From: Nitrospirota bacterium
GTDB lineage: Bacteria; Nitrospirota; UBA9217
Assembly (NCBI GenBank): GCA_963751455.1
Contig: CAVVUN010000001.1
Span: 416,001 to 480,000 of the forward strand
Reading direction: 5' to 3'
Length of the DNA stretch: 64,000 bases
The first letter of the stretch is position 1. Every line of letters starts with the position of its first letter. The translations under genes and the position numbers were made by a program. A model generated the notes under the pieces. That model worked only from the letters and a program-made list of their open reading frames with translations, did not search any database and was not told where the DNA came from. This document shows positions 30,170 to 39,546 of this stretch, one piece after another.

Positions 30170-30691
30170 TTACGGTTTACTCGCTTTGGGTCCGAGCAGC
30201 AGGGTCATGTTCTTCCCCTCCATACGGGGCGGCTGCTCCACAACGGCGTCGTTTTGAAGCTCGGCAACGATGCGATCCAGTACGGCCCTTCCCATCGAGG
30301 TATGCGCCATTTCTCTTCCCCTGAACATGACACTGACTTTGACCTTGTTCCCGTCTTCAAGGAAGCGCTTGGTGTTGTTCAGTTTGAACTGGACATCATG
30401 TTCATCAGTTCGGGGCCTCAGCTTGATTTCCTTCACAATGATGACCGTCTGGTTCTTTCTGGACTCGTGCGCTTTTTTGGCAAGCTCATATTTGTACTTG
30501 CCGAAATCCATGATGCGGCAAACCGGCGGTTTGGCCGTCGGCGCCACTTCAACGAGGTCAAGACCAGCCTCCTCGGCCCTTTTAATCGCTTCCCGGGTGT
30601 CGAGAATGCCGAGCTGCTCACCGTCTGCGCTGATCACACGGACTTCCTTTACCTTGATCATGTAATTGATTCTTGTTGTAATTTTACTGAT
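30170..30691 (-). CDS. infC: Translation initiation factor IF-3, non-canonical ATC start
   Basis: IF3 motifs (LDLVEVAP..PPVCRIMDFGKYKY, KEIKLRP, FRGRE). The conserved RIN lies upstream of ATG 30661; ATC 30691 follows an AGGGGGTGA SD, with an in-frame stop just upstream. Confidence 0.96.
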   Translation of the reverse strand: MSKITTRINYMIKVKEVRVISADGEQLGILDTREAIKRAEEAGLDLVEVAPTAKPPVCRIMDFGKYKYELAKKAHESRKNQTVIIVKEIKLRPRTDEHDVQFKLNNTKRFLEDGNKVKVSVMFRGREMAHTSMGRAVLDRIVAELQNDAVVEQPPRMEGKNMTLLLGPKASKP

Positions 30692-30705
30692 AAATAATCA
30701 CCCCC

Positions 30706-32637
30706 TTAGATTTCTATTGCTATGCTTTTATCTTTAATTTTTTTGAGAATTTTATCGATGAAATCCTGAAGCGGCATTACACCGAGATCTTTTCCGCCGC
30801 GTTCCCTCACCGCAACCCCGTTCTGCTCCACTTCCTTGTCACCGGCTACCAGTATATAGGGCACCTTTTCGAGCGCTGCCTCACGGATTTTGAACCCTAT
30901 TTTTTCCGACCGGGTGTCGAGTTCCGCCCGTAAACCTGCGGCTAGCAGTTTATCGCGGACGCCTTTCGCATATTCAAACTGCTTATCGCTGATCGACATC
31001 ACCTTTGCCTGGACCGGCGCGAGCCAGACCGGAAACGCACCTGCGTAATGCTCGATCAGCATGCCGAAGAACCGCTCGATCGAACCGAGCAGCGCCCGGT
31101 GGATCATGTACGGACGGTGGGCCTGGTTGTCGACACCGATGAATGACATATCGAACCGTTCGGACATATTGAAGTCGAACTGTACCGTCGAACACTGCCA
31201 GAGACGTCCAAGAGCGTCCTTGATCTTGATGTCGATTTTAGGACCGTAGAATGCGCCCCCGCCTTCGTCTATCTCGTATCCAAGACTAACTTTATCGGCA
31301 GCGACTTTAAGGGCCTGCGTTGCCTGTTCCCACACAGCATTATCGCCCACGGACTTTTCCGGCCGCGTCGCGATGTATGCTTTGAAATCCTCGAACCCGA
31401 AGGTGCGGAGCATTTTTACTACAAAGTCTATCACCCGGATGACCTCTGTTTCCATCTCCTCGGGCGCCACGAAAATATGCGCGTCGTCCTGCGTGAATCC
31501 GCGCACCCGCAAAAGACCGTGCAGCACGCCCGAACGCTCGAACCGGTAGACTGTCCCCAGTTCCGCAAATCTCATCGGCAAATCCCGGTACGACCGAAGC
31601 TTGTTCTTATAAATCATGATATGAAACGGGCAGTTCATCGGCTTTACGTAATACTCCTGCCCTTCCACATCCATAGACGAATACATGTTCTCGCGGTAAA
31701 AGCCGAGATGGCCGGACGTTTCCCACAGGTTTGCGCGTCCCACGTGCGGGGAATACACGAAATCATATCCGTTCTTCTGATGCTCGTCTCGCCAGAAGTC
31801 CTCTATCGTCTTCCGTATCAATGCCCCGCGCGGATGCCACAATACCAGGCCGCCGCCCACTTCGTCGGAAACCGAGAAGAGATCCAGGTCCTTGCCGAGT
31901 TTGCGATGGTCACGCCGCTTGATCTCTTCCAGACGGGTAATGTACGCGTCGAGAGCGTCCTTGGCCGGAAAAGAAACGCCGTAAATCCGCTGCAGCATCT
32001 TGTTTTTCTCGTTGCCCCGCCAATATGCTCCGGCAACGGAAAGAAGCTTGAAGGCCTTTATCTTCGAGGTGGACCCCACATGCGGGCCTCTGCACAAGTC
32101 TGCGAAATCGCCCTGCTCGTACACCGTGATCGTATTATCGGGCAGTTCGCTGATGAGTTCGGTTTTATATGGTTCGCCCAGTTTTTGAAAGAACGACAAG
32201 GCCTCTGCCTTGGAAATGTTTTTTCTTCTGATCGGCGCAGCAGCCTTTGCAAGCTCCGCCATCTTCTTCTCGATCTTCGCGAGGTCCTCCGGTGTAAACG
32301 GACGATCGAGATCGAAATCGTAGTAGAACCCTTCCTCGATCGCGGGACCGATGGCGAGTTTCGCCTGCGGAAAGAGCTGCTTTACCGCGTGGGCCATCAA
32401 ATGCGAGGTACTGTGCCAGTACACTTCGCGGCCCTCCGGCGCAGAAAAGGTAACTATCTCTATCGCGGCGTTGTGATCAACGGGGACGTTGAGATCCTGA
32501 AGTTGACCGTCTACTTTAATGGCAAGCGCGTCTTTAGCGAGGCGAGAGCCGATTTTCTCGGCAACTTCCTGACCGGTGATGCCGGATGGCATACTTTTGT
32601 CCTGACCGTCAGGCAGCCTGAGTTGTATGTCACTCAT
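30706..32637 (-). CDS. thrS: Threonine-tRNA ligase
   Basis: TGS domain, HSTSHLMA, DLCRGPH, RDHRKLG, KPMNCP and GAFYGPKID motifs. Confidence 0.98.
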   Translation of the reverse strand: MSDIQLRLPDGQDKSMPSGITGQEVAEKIGSRLAKDALAIKVDGQLQDLNVPVDHNAAIEIVTFSAPEGREVYWHSTSHLMAHAVKQLFPQAKLAIGPAIEEGFYYDFDLDRPFTPEDLAKIEKKMAELAKAAAPIRRKNISKAEALSFFQKLGEPYKTELISELPDNTITVYEQGDFADLCRGPHVGSTSKIKAFKLLSVAGAYWRGNEKNKMLQRIYGVSFPAKDALDAYITRLEEIKRRDHRKLGKDLDLFSVSDEVGGGLVLWHPRGALIRKTIEDFWRDEHQKNGYDFVYSPHVGRANLWETSGHLGFYRENMYSSMDVEGQEYYVKPMNCPFHIMIYKNKLRSYRDLPMRFAELGTVYRFERSGVLHGLLRVRGFTQDDAHIFVAPEEMETEVIRVIDFVVKMLRTFGFEDFKAYIATRPEKSVGDNAVWEQATQALKVAADKVSLGYEIDEGGGAFYGPKIDIKIKDALGRLWQCSTVQFDFNMSERFDMSFIGVDNQAHRPYMIHRALLGSIERFFGMLIEHYAGAFPVWLAPVQAKVMSISDKQFEYAKGVRDKLLAAGLRAELDTRSEKIGFKIREAALEKVPYILVAGDKEVEQNGVAVRERGGKDLGVMPLQDFIDKILKKIKDKSIAIEI

Positions 32638-32732
32638 AAGATAGATAACATAGAAGATAACTTTACGAAAACGGGATCATGGTTAGATTATAACCGAGCA
32701 GCAGAAAGCTACTTGCTTTCACCCGACTTAAC

Positions 32733-32807
32733 TGGTAGGCCCGGGCGGTTTCGAACCGCCGACCTCTTGCGTGTCAAGCAAGCGCTCTCCCCCTGAGCTA
32801 CGAGCCT
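32733..32807 (-). tRNA. tRNA-Val(GAC)
   Basis: Cloverleaf with anticodon arm cttgc-ttGACac-gcaag and encoded CCA. Confidence 0.97.
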
Positions 32808-32948
32808 CTGTTCTGTTTTGTAAAAGCGAATTTTATGAGATTTCAGGTAGTTTGTCAAGAAAAAAGCAAAGCGCCAAAGAGTTCAGCCGCTCTCTGACGC
32901 TATTTTTGACTGTATCCGGGTTAGTGTCCGGTTTATGACACTTTGACA

Positions 32949-35177
32949 CTATTTCTTCGTCATTACAAATACGCCGTCCCAGTCCCGCGGCAGTTCTGTC
33001 TTACGCAGGCTCTCGATCCGGGAAAGGAACGTCTTTGAAGGGCCGTCACCGGGGTTCTTTGCCAGCACTTCATTAAAAAATTTATCAGCCTTTATCCAGT
33101 CCTGCTTCCGATATGCGGCAAGCCCGGCCTCGAACAGGCCGGCGATCTCCAACAGCCTGCCGTCCGCCTTGTGCCCCATCAGTTCGTAGATCCTGATCGG
33201 TATTGTCTTGCCTTTTACCCGTATCAGGTCGAGGTGCCGGAGAACGAATTCGTTTCTTACATCCTCATACGTATATTTCGGAACGATAATATGAGTGCCG
33301 TACTCTTTATTCAACCCCTCAAGGCGGGAGCCCAGGTTAACGGAATCTCCCATGACGGTGTAATCGAACCTGGTCGTAGACCCCATGTTGCCGACGGTGA
33401 GATTGCCGGTCGATAGACCGATGCCGATGTCTATTTTCGGCAGGTTGGCCTTTTCAAACGCGGCCTGGAGCACCTTGAGCTCGTCCATCATGTCGAGTGC
33501 TGCCTTGCAGGCCCTGATCGAGTTGTCCTCCTGCCATACGGGCGCTCCCCAGAATGCCATTATCGCGTCGCCCATATATTTATCTATTGTTCCCCCGTTT
33601 CTCAGAACAATTTCCGTCATGGGGGTCAGATAGTCATTTATCAGTTTTACCAGGGCCTGGGGCGTCAACCCCTCGGAGATCGTGGTAAAACCCCTGATGT
33701 CTGAAAACAGGACCGTCAGGCGGCGCTCTTCGCCGCCGAGAACGAGTTTTGCCGGATCCTTCAGGATCTGGCTGACCAGGGAAGGCGCGACATAACGGGA
33801 AAACGCGTCTTTTATCTCGCGCCTCTTCTTTTCCTCTGTCATGAACCGATAGGTTGTGACTCCGCCGAACACGGAAAGAGTCGTAAATACGGGATACACC
33901 TGGGTTAACCAGGTTTTCCACGCATTGAAAATGAAGTCATTCACGAGTACATAGCTGACGATAATGCCGACCGTAAAGAGCGTGGCATAGAGAGGGCGCG
34001 TCTTTGAAATGATCCAGGACAGAAAAAGTCCGATAAGTATGATTGCCGCCAGATCAAAGAGAACGATCCAGTCGGGCCTGCTTATGGAGTCTTCCCTGAG
34101 AATATTGTCAATTATATTTGCATGGATCTCCACACCCGGGAAAGTCCCGGAAAACGGAACGACCCTCATGTCATAGATACCGATCGCGCTCGCTCCTACA
34201 AGCACGATCTTGTCCTTTAACGCCGAGACCGGGACCGTACCGGCCAGAACGTCCGAAACAGAATAATACGGGAATGTTTTGTCCCCTCCCCTGAAATTGA
34301 TCAGGAGTCTGCCCCGTTCATCGGTCTTAATGGTCTTCTTTCCGATCTGGATCGAATCTATACCGTACTCCGCCGCGTTTATGATCAATGGCGGCGATCC
34401 CATATACTTTCGCACGGCCTCCACCGAGATATGTGAAAACATATCGCTGTTGTACTTAATTGCGAGCGGGACCCATCGAACCGTCCCGTCTTCGTCGGGA
34501 ACGATGTTGAAATAGCCGAAATCGGCTGCAGCGTCCGATATTATGGGAATATTTCTTTCGACCGCGAAGGCTAAAGGAACGCTCAGGTCGCGAGTCCCCT
34601 TGTCCAGGTAACGGATTGATGAGTAGCGTGAAGGAATACGGTATTCCGCGAACTTCTCGCTTTTCGTCTTGAGATGCTTGACTTCGTCATCCGAGGTAAA
34701 GAAAAAATACCCGAGGATGACCGAGGGGCTTCTCTTCAAAACGGAAGAAAGCTTGGCATCATTGTCCGCTTCTTTTTCTGCCTGTTCGAAGGCCGTACGC
34801 AGGCCCCGGTCCCCGAAGCGCTCCTTGAACGTCCTCATGACGCTCACTCCGGAGCTATCGTCCGGCTCAGCGAAGATCACGTCGAAAGCGACCACTTTCG
34901 CTTCATACTTGTTCAGGCTGTCAATAAGCTCCGCTATCCGGTAGCGAGGCCACGGCCACCGTCCAAGCGTATCGACGCTCTTCTGGTCAATCGAAACAAT
35001 GACTACTTCGTCACCGGGGGCTACCTTGCCCCTGGTCAAAAAGTGCAGATCGTATGCCTTGAGCTCCATGGTATTAAAAAATGAAAAACCCATCGCATAC
35101 ACAATGAGCGTGACAAACGTGAGGAACAGTCCGATTTTAAAGGCGGTAGGCTTGAACAACTTTTTAAACTTAGACAT
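32949..35177 (-). CDS. CHASE2-domain class III adenylate/guanylate cyclase
   Basis: GRWPWPR, D.DG.VR and PGVEIHA (CHASE2); LFSDIRGFT, DKYMGDAIMA and GDSVNLGSRLE (cyclase). Confidence 0.95.
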   Translation of the reverse strand: MSKFKKLFKPTAFKIGLFLTFVTLIVYAMGFSFFNTMELKAYDLHFLTRGKVAPGDEVVIVSIDQKSVDTLGRWPWPRYRIAELIDSLNKYEAKVVAFDVIFAEPDDSSGVSVMRTFKERFGDRGLRTAFEQAEKEADNDAKLSSVLKRSPSVILGYFFFTSDDEVKHLKTKSEKFAEYRIPSRYSSIRYLDKGTRDLSVPLAFAVERNIPIISDAAADFGYFNIVPDEDGTVRWVPLAIKYNSDMFSHISVEAVRKYMGSPPLIINAAEYGIDSIQIGKKTIKTDERGRLLINFRGGDKTFPYYSVSDVLAGTVPVSALKDKIVLVGASAIGIYDMRVVPFSGTFPGVEIHANIIDNILREDSISRPDWIVLFDLAAIILIGLFLSWIISKTRPLYATLFTVGIIVSYVLVNDFIFNAWKTWLTQVYPVFTTLSVFGGVTTYRFMTEEKKRREIKDAFSRYVAPSLVSQILKDPAKLVLGGEERRLTVLFSDIRGFTTISEGLTPQALVKLINDYLTPMTEIVLRNGGTIDKYMGDAIMAFWGAPVWQEDNSIRACKAALDMMDELKVLQAAFEKANLPKIDIGIGLSTGNLTVGNMGSTTRFDYTVMGDSVNLGSRLEGLNKEYGTHIIVPKYTYEDVRNEFVLRHLDLIRVKGKTIPIRIYELMGHKADGRLLEIAGLFEAGLAAYRKQDWIKADKFFNEVLAKNPGDGPSKTFLSRIESLRKTELPRDWDGVFVMTKK

Positions 35178-35222
35178 TCGTGAATGACCTCACATGCAAT
35201 GATCTGAACTTGAAATCTACTC

Positions 35223-36821
35223 TTACTGCTTTTGCCCGGTCGGGTCGAATTCCATAACAAAGCAATCAGAGGTTTCAACTAATGGGTCGTTATCTTTATT
35301 GATATTTTTGTCCAGGTCGCCAACCGTATAACCGGTCACGAGCACGTTGCCGTTGCTGCCTGCCGCGATTGCCATGCCCTCGTCATCACTCGAGGTTCCC
35401 CTCTGACGCGTCCATTGTTTCTCACCGTTAGCGTTGTACTTTACGATAAGCAAATCATACCCGCCGCTGCTGGTATTTCCGTCGAATCCGCCCGCGGTAC
35501 CTCCTGTTGCGTAGATATTTCCTGCAGAGTCAGTGGCAATTCCGTTGGCACTGTCGTTGTCACTGGTCCCTGCCTGCCTCGTCCACTGCCAGGCGCCTGA
35601 AGCACTGTATTTTACGATGAACAGGTCTGACGTAAATCCGGTCGAATCGGGGTTCGCAAATCCATCAAGTCCGTTGTACGTACCGCCGGCTACGAACACA
35701 TTTCCTGATGAATCGACGGCCAAATCCCACGCCTGATCGTCGTCAATGGACCCTCGCTGGCTGATCCACAACTGGGTGACGGATTGATCGTATTTCGCCA
35801 CGAATAGATCATACAAACCGGTATTAGTCGTACCCGCAAGCGTTCCACCTGTATATCCGGCGATTATGATATTGCCGGAAGCGTCCATCGTGATCGCTTC
35901 GCTCGAATCATTTTGGGCTGTCCCGAGCAGGCGTGTCTGCACCGCTGCCCTGGTCCCTGCTGAATCAAACTTGACGATGAAAGCGTCGTACCCGCCTGCA
36001 TTTGTTTGACCGTCTATGGTTCCGTCAGTTGTCCCGGTAACGAAGGCGGTACCGGTGTTATCGACCGCGATGCCGGAGCTGAAATCGCTGCCAGTGGAAC
36101 CGAACTGATGCATCCAGAGCTGATTGCCTGATGAATCATATTTGGCAATAAAGCAGTCCGTTCCGCCCGCGGATGGATCAGCGCCTACAACACCATTGGT
36201 GGAACCTGTAATATACACATTTCCGTCAGTGTCCAAGGCCACGCCGTACCCTTCGTTAAACGTATTGCTCGCACCGAATTGACGCTGCCACTGTTGGCTC
36301 CCCGACGAGTCAAATTTGGTAAGGACTACATCGGATGAGAACATTGTAGTCATGGTCGAATAAACCGTCCCTATAACATAGGCGTTTCCCGCTTTATCGG
36401 TCGCGATACCGTAGGATTCGTCGTTTGTAGCTGCACCGAACTGCCTGGTACTGGGCTGAAGCTCGATATCGATCGACGTCGGCTTGCCATCGAGCGTAAT
36501 CCCCGACTTGCTACCCCTATAAATAACGTCCTGGAGGTCGTCCCGCACAGCAACATCGAAGATCCTGTCCTGCCCGTTAAGTACAAACAACGTCGTTGAA
36601 ACAGGCTGACCTGTAGAAATATTAGTCAACACGGTTTTCATCTCTTCCATGCCAGGCCCGGTAACCGTAAACGTAACGCTGTTGATCGAGGCCGAAGCAG
36701 CGTGGCTCGCTCCTATCAGAATTGTTATAGAAGAATGAGTACTCTGTCCGCTCCCGCTGCATGCAGCGATTGACAGGCATAGAGCAAATATTATCGACAA
36801 TGAGTAGAGAGACCTCTTCAT
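35223..36821 (-). CDS. SBBP beta-propeller repeat lipoprotein
   Basis: Lipobox IAAC; repeated IA.D..GN.YVTG.T..D.FI.KYD..G...W units. Confidence 0.9.
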   Translation of the reverse strand: MKRSLYSLSIIFALCLSIAACSGSGQSTHSSITILIGASHAASASINSVTFTVTGPGMEEMKTVLTNISTGQPVSTTLFVLNGQDRIFDVAVRDDLQDVIYRGSKSGITLDGKPTSIDIELQPSTRQFGAATNDESYGIATDKAGNAYVIGTVYSTMTTMFSSDVVLTKFDSSGSQQWQRQFGASNTFNEGYGVALDTDGNVYITGSTNGVVGADPSAGGTDCFIAKYDSSGNQLWMHQFGSTGSDFSSGIAVDNTGTAFVTGTTDGTIDGQTNAGGYDAFIVKFDSAGTRAAVQTRLLGTAQNDSSEAITMDASGNIIIAGYTGGTLAGTTNTGLYDLFVAKYDQSVTQLWISQRGSIDDDQAWDLAVDSSGNVFVAGGTYNGLDGFANPDSTGFTSDLFIVKYSASGAWQWTRQAGTSDNDSANGIATDSAGNIYATGGTAGGFDGNTSSGGYDLLIVKYNANGEKQWTRQRGTSSDDEGMAIAAGSNGNVLVTGYTVGDLDKNINKDNDPLVETSDCFVMEFDPTGQKQ

Positions 36822-36834
36822 GTACTCCTCCTAG

Positions 36835-37800
36835 CTATTGCGGAATAGTTACTTTCACTGTTACCGGGGTTACAATTAATGAAGGATCTGTCTCCGTAAT
36901 AGGAATAACCGGAGGCTGGTTTGCAAACTGCAGGACAGGAGACACTGCGGCACGAATCGCAGGTACGGGAAGCGGCATATCTGCCGACTGATTAATTAAT
37001 GCCGGAATACTCATGTTCTCAGCCACAACGTTCAGTGCCATTGCGGTCGGCGCCGACTCGGCCTCCGCACCTCCGGACGGTGCCACGCCCGGTGTACCGT
37101 CACTCGATTTTGCAGGTTCTCCATCAGAGGAAGTTTTATCCGCTACGGTTGTGGCTTCTACGTGAACCGCCAGTTGATTGGCTGAAACTGTCCGGGCCGC
37201 TGCAGGGGGCGTATCGCTGCTTAAAACGAACGTTGCCTGTCCACGGTTTACGGGAATGATTCTGTCAGGGATGGCCGGGTTATAGACAAATCCATGACCC
37301 TCGGTGAAAATGACACCCGTCACACCCCTTTCATAAAAGACAATGAGACCGGTCCCCTTTACTCCGGCAATCGCTGTCCTGGTCTTTATACTGAAGTTCG
37401 AATCGGTGCCGCCCTTTGCCTGCATGATGCCTCTTGTCTTCGATACTAATGCCCGAATCTTGCCGCGAAACAGGCTCAATAAGCCCGTCTTCCGGACATT
37501 GTCCTGACCCACGGCATAATCATCTACCTTTATGCGGGATTCAGGAGCAAGCTGAATTACCGAATCGTCATGGAAGCGTATCTCGGCCTTTCCCGACCGT
37601 TTCGTTCGAATGATATCACCGGTGAAAACAGGGTCGCCGGTGTTGGCATTGACGGGGACCGTTTCCGTCAATTTCAGGATATCCACACTTCCTTCCACCC
37701 GTGTCAGGGTGCCCACCGGTTCCGAAAAAGCGGACGCCGGTGCGATAAACATAAGAAACAGCAGTAACGGAAGAAAATATTTTTTATGATAAATGCCCAT
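36835..37800 (-). CDS. FecR-domain exported protein
   Basis: GDIIRT..AEIRF.D.S.IQL..ES and TAIAGVKGT motifs; start set at MGIYH (GGAGG SD). Confidence 0.88.
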   Translation of the reverse strand: MGIYHKKYFLPLLLFLMFIAPASAFSEPVGTLTRVEGSVDILKLTETVPVNANTGDPVFTGDIIRTKRSGKAEIRFHDDSVIQLAPESRIKVDDYAVGQDNVRKTGLLSLFRGKIRALVSKTRGIMQAKGGTDSNFSIKTRTAIAGVKGTGLIVFYERGVTGVIFTEGHGFVYNPAIPDRIIPVNRGQATFVLSSDTPPAAARTVSANQLAVHVEATTVADKTSSDGEPAKSSDGTPGVAPSGGAEAESAPTAMALNVVAENMSIPALINQSADMPLPVPAIRAAVSPVLQFANQPPVIPITETDPSLIVTPVTVKVTIPQ

Positions 37801-37872
37801 TGCAACCTCCGCCTTAATATGCGTATTGGTTAAAGTCTTTTCCGAGAACAAAGCGATTTTTTATTTTCACTA

Positions 37873-39399
37873 TCAGAAAGCCGCTGAAAGCCCGATTCCG
37901 GCGATGTTCTTATCGAAGCTGTATACTGCTATTGTTGAATCGGCCTTTGTGTACGAATACATAAATTGGGCCTCTATATTCTTTGATACAGGATATGTCA
38001 GCTGAAACCCTGTCGTATATGTTGTGTCCTTTCGTTTCTGCTGAAAAGTCGAGTGCACGTTGTCGAAAGCCTGGATATTAATTTCAAGATTTCCGCCTAT
38101 TTTTATCTTTTCCGAGATAGGATATTGAATCCCCCCGCTCAGTTTATTTCCGGCATAGCTCCAGTTCGCGCCGTCCGCATCTTCCAGGTTTATGTCATAC
38201 CGGACAGAGAAACTGCCCCCCGGTCCCATGGGCGCAAACCATGCAACCCCTGCTCCGGTATTTGCGGCATTTCTGTTCTCGTCGGCGGGCAAGCCCTCAA
38301 CAACGGTGTAATCTTTTATCTGATAAAGCAGCGAGAGGAAAAAACGATTATTTTCCATGGGAATCAGGCCCAGTGTCGGCGACAGTGTCACAATGTTCAT
38401 ATATGTCTCATTGCTGACAAGCGTGTAGTTGTAGTTTGCGAGAAAACTCAATGATTTGTCGCCGAAACGATAATCTGCTGTACCGCCCAAAATATGGCTC
38501 TGTACGTCAAAGTCCTTGAGGTCTGTATGCGAGTTCCAGTAAAGCGAATACTGTAATTTTAGATCGACCGGTTCGTTTACGGGAAGGGCATACTCTGACT
38601 GCAGGGTGACTACTGCCGACATATCGGATTCGCCGGAAATGTCGACGGGGACACCATTCGGCTTGAGTACCACGTTGCTGTCATACTGGAGCTGAATCCC
38701 CGCAACGCTCCTGAAACGCTTTTGTTTGCTTTCTTCGCCGGCTGCTATGGTATCGACTTGTTCCTGTGCAAGCGTGCCGATATCAGTGTTGGGTTCCTCA
38801 GCTGCCAGTGCCCTGAAAAGATCCTTAGCATGCGCAACCCTTCCAGTTCGGAGAAAAATCATTCCAATCTGGTAAGTAGCTGTCGGAGCTATTTTCTGAT
38901 CCATTGATTTTGCCGATTCAAATGAAGCAAGGGCATCTTCATATTTTTTCTTCTTCGAGAGGATCAGACCCTTCAGGAAGGCGGTCTGGGCAGGCTGGAT
39001 TCGGATATTTTCGGCCACCTCGACGGCATGCAGGGCTTCATCGGGTTTATCTGTCGCGTAATAGATGTCCGCAATCTCCAGAAACGCTTCCTGGACTGCA
39101 GGCTGAAGCTTCACTGCATCCTTCAGATGATTCAGAGCATCAGCGTAATTCTGCATCTTCTTCATGGTCATGCCGAGATAATACGCGGTAAGGGCAGACG
39201 ACGGTTTTATGGAACGGGCCTTTGTAAGTGTCTGCTCGGCTTCCTCATAACTGCCCTGCTGATACGCTTCGATGCCCTGTTTCAAATAGTCGACCTGGGC
39301 GGTTTCCAATACCTGTGAATCGGCATGCTTGCCTGCAGTCATTCCGAAAACCATGAAAAGCAGTAAAAAACCGGATAATCGCTTCAATATCGCCTCCAT
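37873..39399 (-). CDS. TPR-repeat outer-membrane beta-barrel protein (Slam/DUF560-like)
   Basis: Signal peptide, N-terminal TPR helices, QYDSNV at the barrel start, C-terminal Phe. Confidence 0.8.
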   Translation of the reverse strand: MEAILKRLSGFLLLFMVFGMTAGKHADSQVLETAQVDYLKQGIEAYQQGSYEEAEQTLTKARSIKPSSALTAYYLGMTMKKMQNYADALNHLKDAVKLQPAVQEAFLEIADIYYATDKPDEALHAVEVAENIRIQPAQTAFLKGLILSKKKKYEDALASFESAKSMDQKIAPTATYQIGMIFLRTGRVAHAKDLFRALAAEEPNTDIGTLAQEQVDTIAAGEESKQKRFRSVAGIQLQYDSNVVLKPNGVPVDISGESDMSAVVTLQSEYALPVNEPVDLKLQYSLYWNSHTDLKDFDVQSHILGGTADYRFGDKSLSFLANYNYTLVSNETYMNIVTLSPTLGLIPMENNRFFLSLLYQIKDYTVVEGLPADENRNAANTGAGVAWFAPMGPGGSFSVRYDINLEDADGANWSYAGNKLSGGIQYPISEKIKIGGNLEINIQAFDNVHSTFQQKRKDTTYTTGFQLTYPVSKNIEAQFMYSYTKADSTIAVYSFDKNIAGIGLSAAF

Positions 39400-39546
39400 T
39401 ATCGAAAAAAAAGGTCGTTATTCGTCTTGCGGTGACGAGGCCCGTTTCGGGTCACGTATCACGTCGTTCGTCTTTAATACGTTGCCGATTAGATGCTCGA
39501 CGAAACGGGCATCGTTTGCGTTACCGTTACCCTTTGGTTCCGGTTC

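Noticed and set aside
30662-30700. Non-ATG start of infC as a novelty
   Set aside because: This is well-established IF3 autoregulation; it is used only as support for the hflX finding.
31477-32796. Long antisense ORFs (439 aa opposite thrS; also 439-1374, 2946-3908, 57713-58876 and many inside the giant gene)
   Set aside because: They are shadows of real genes on the opposite strand, with no recognisable motifs.
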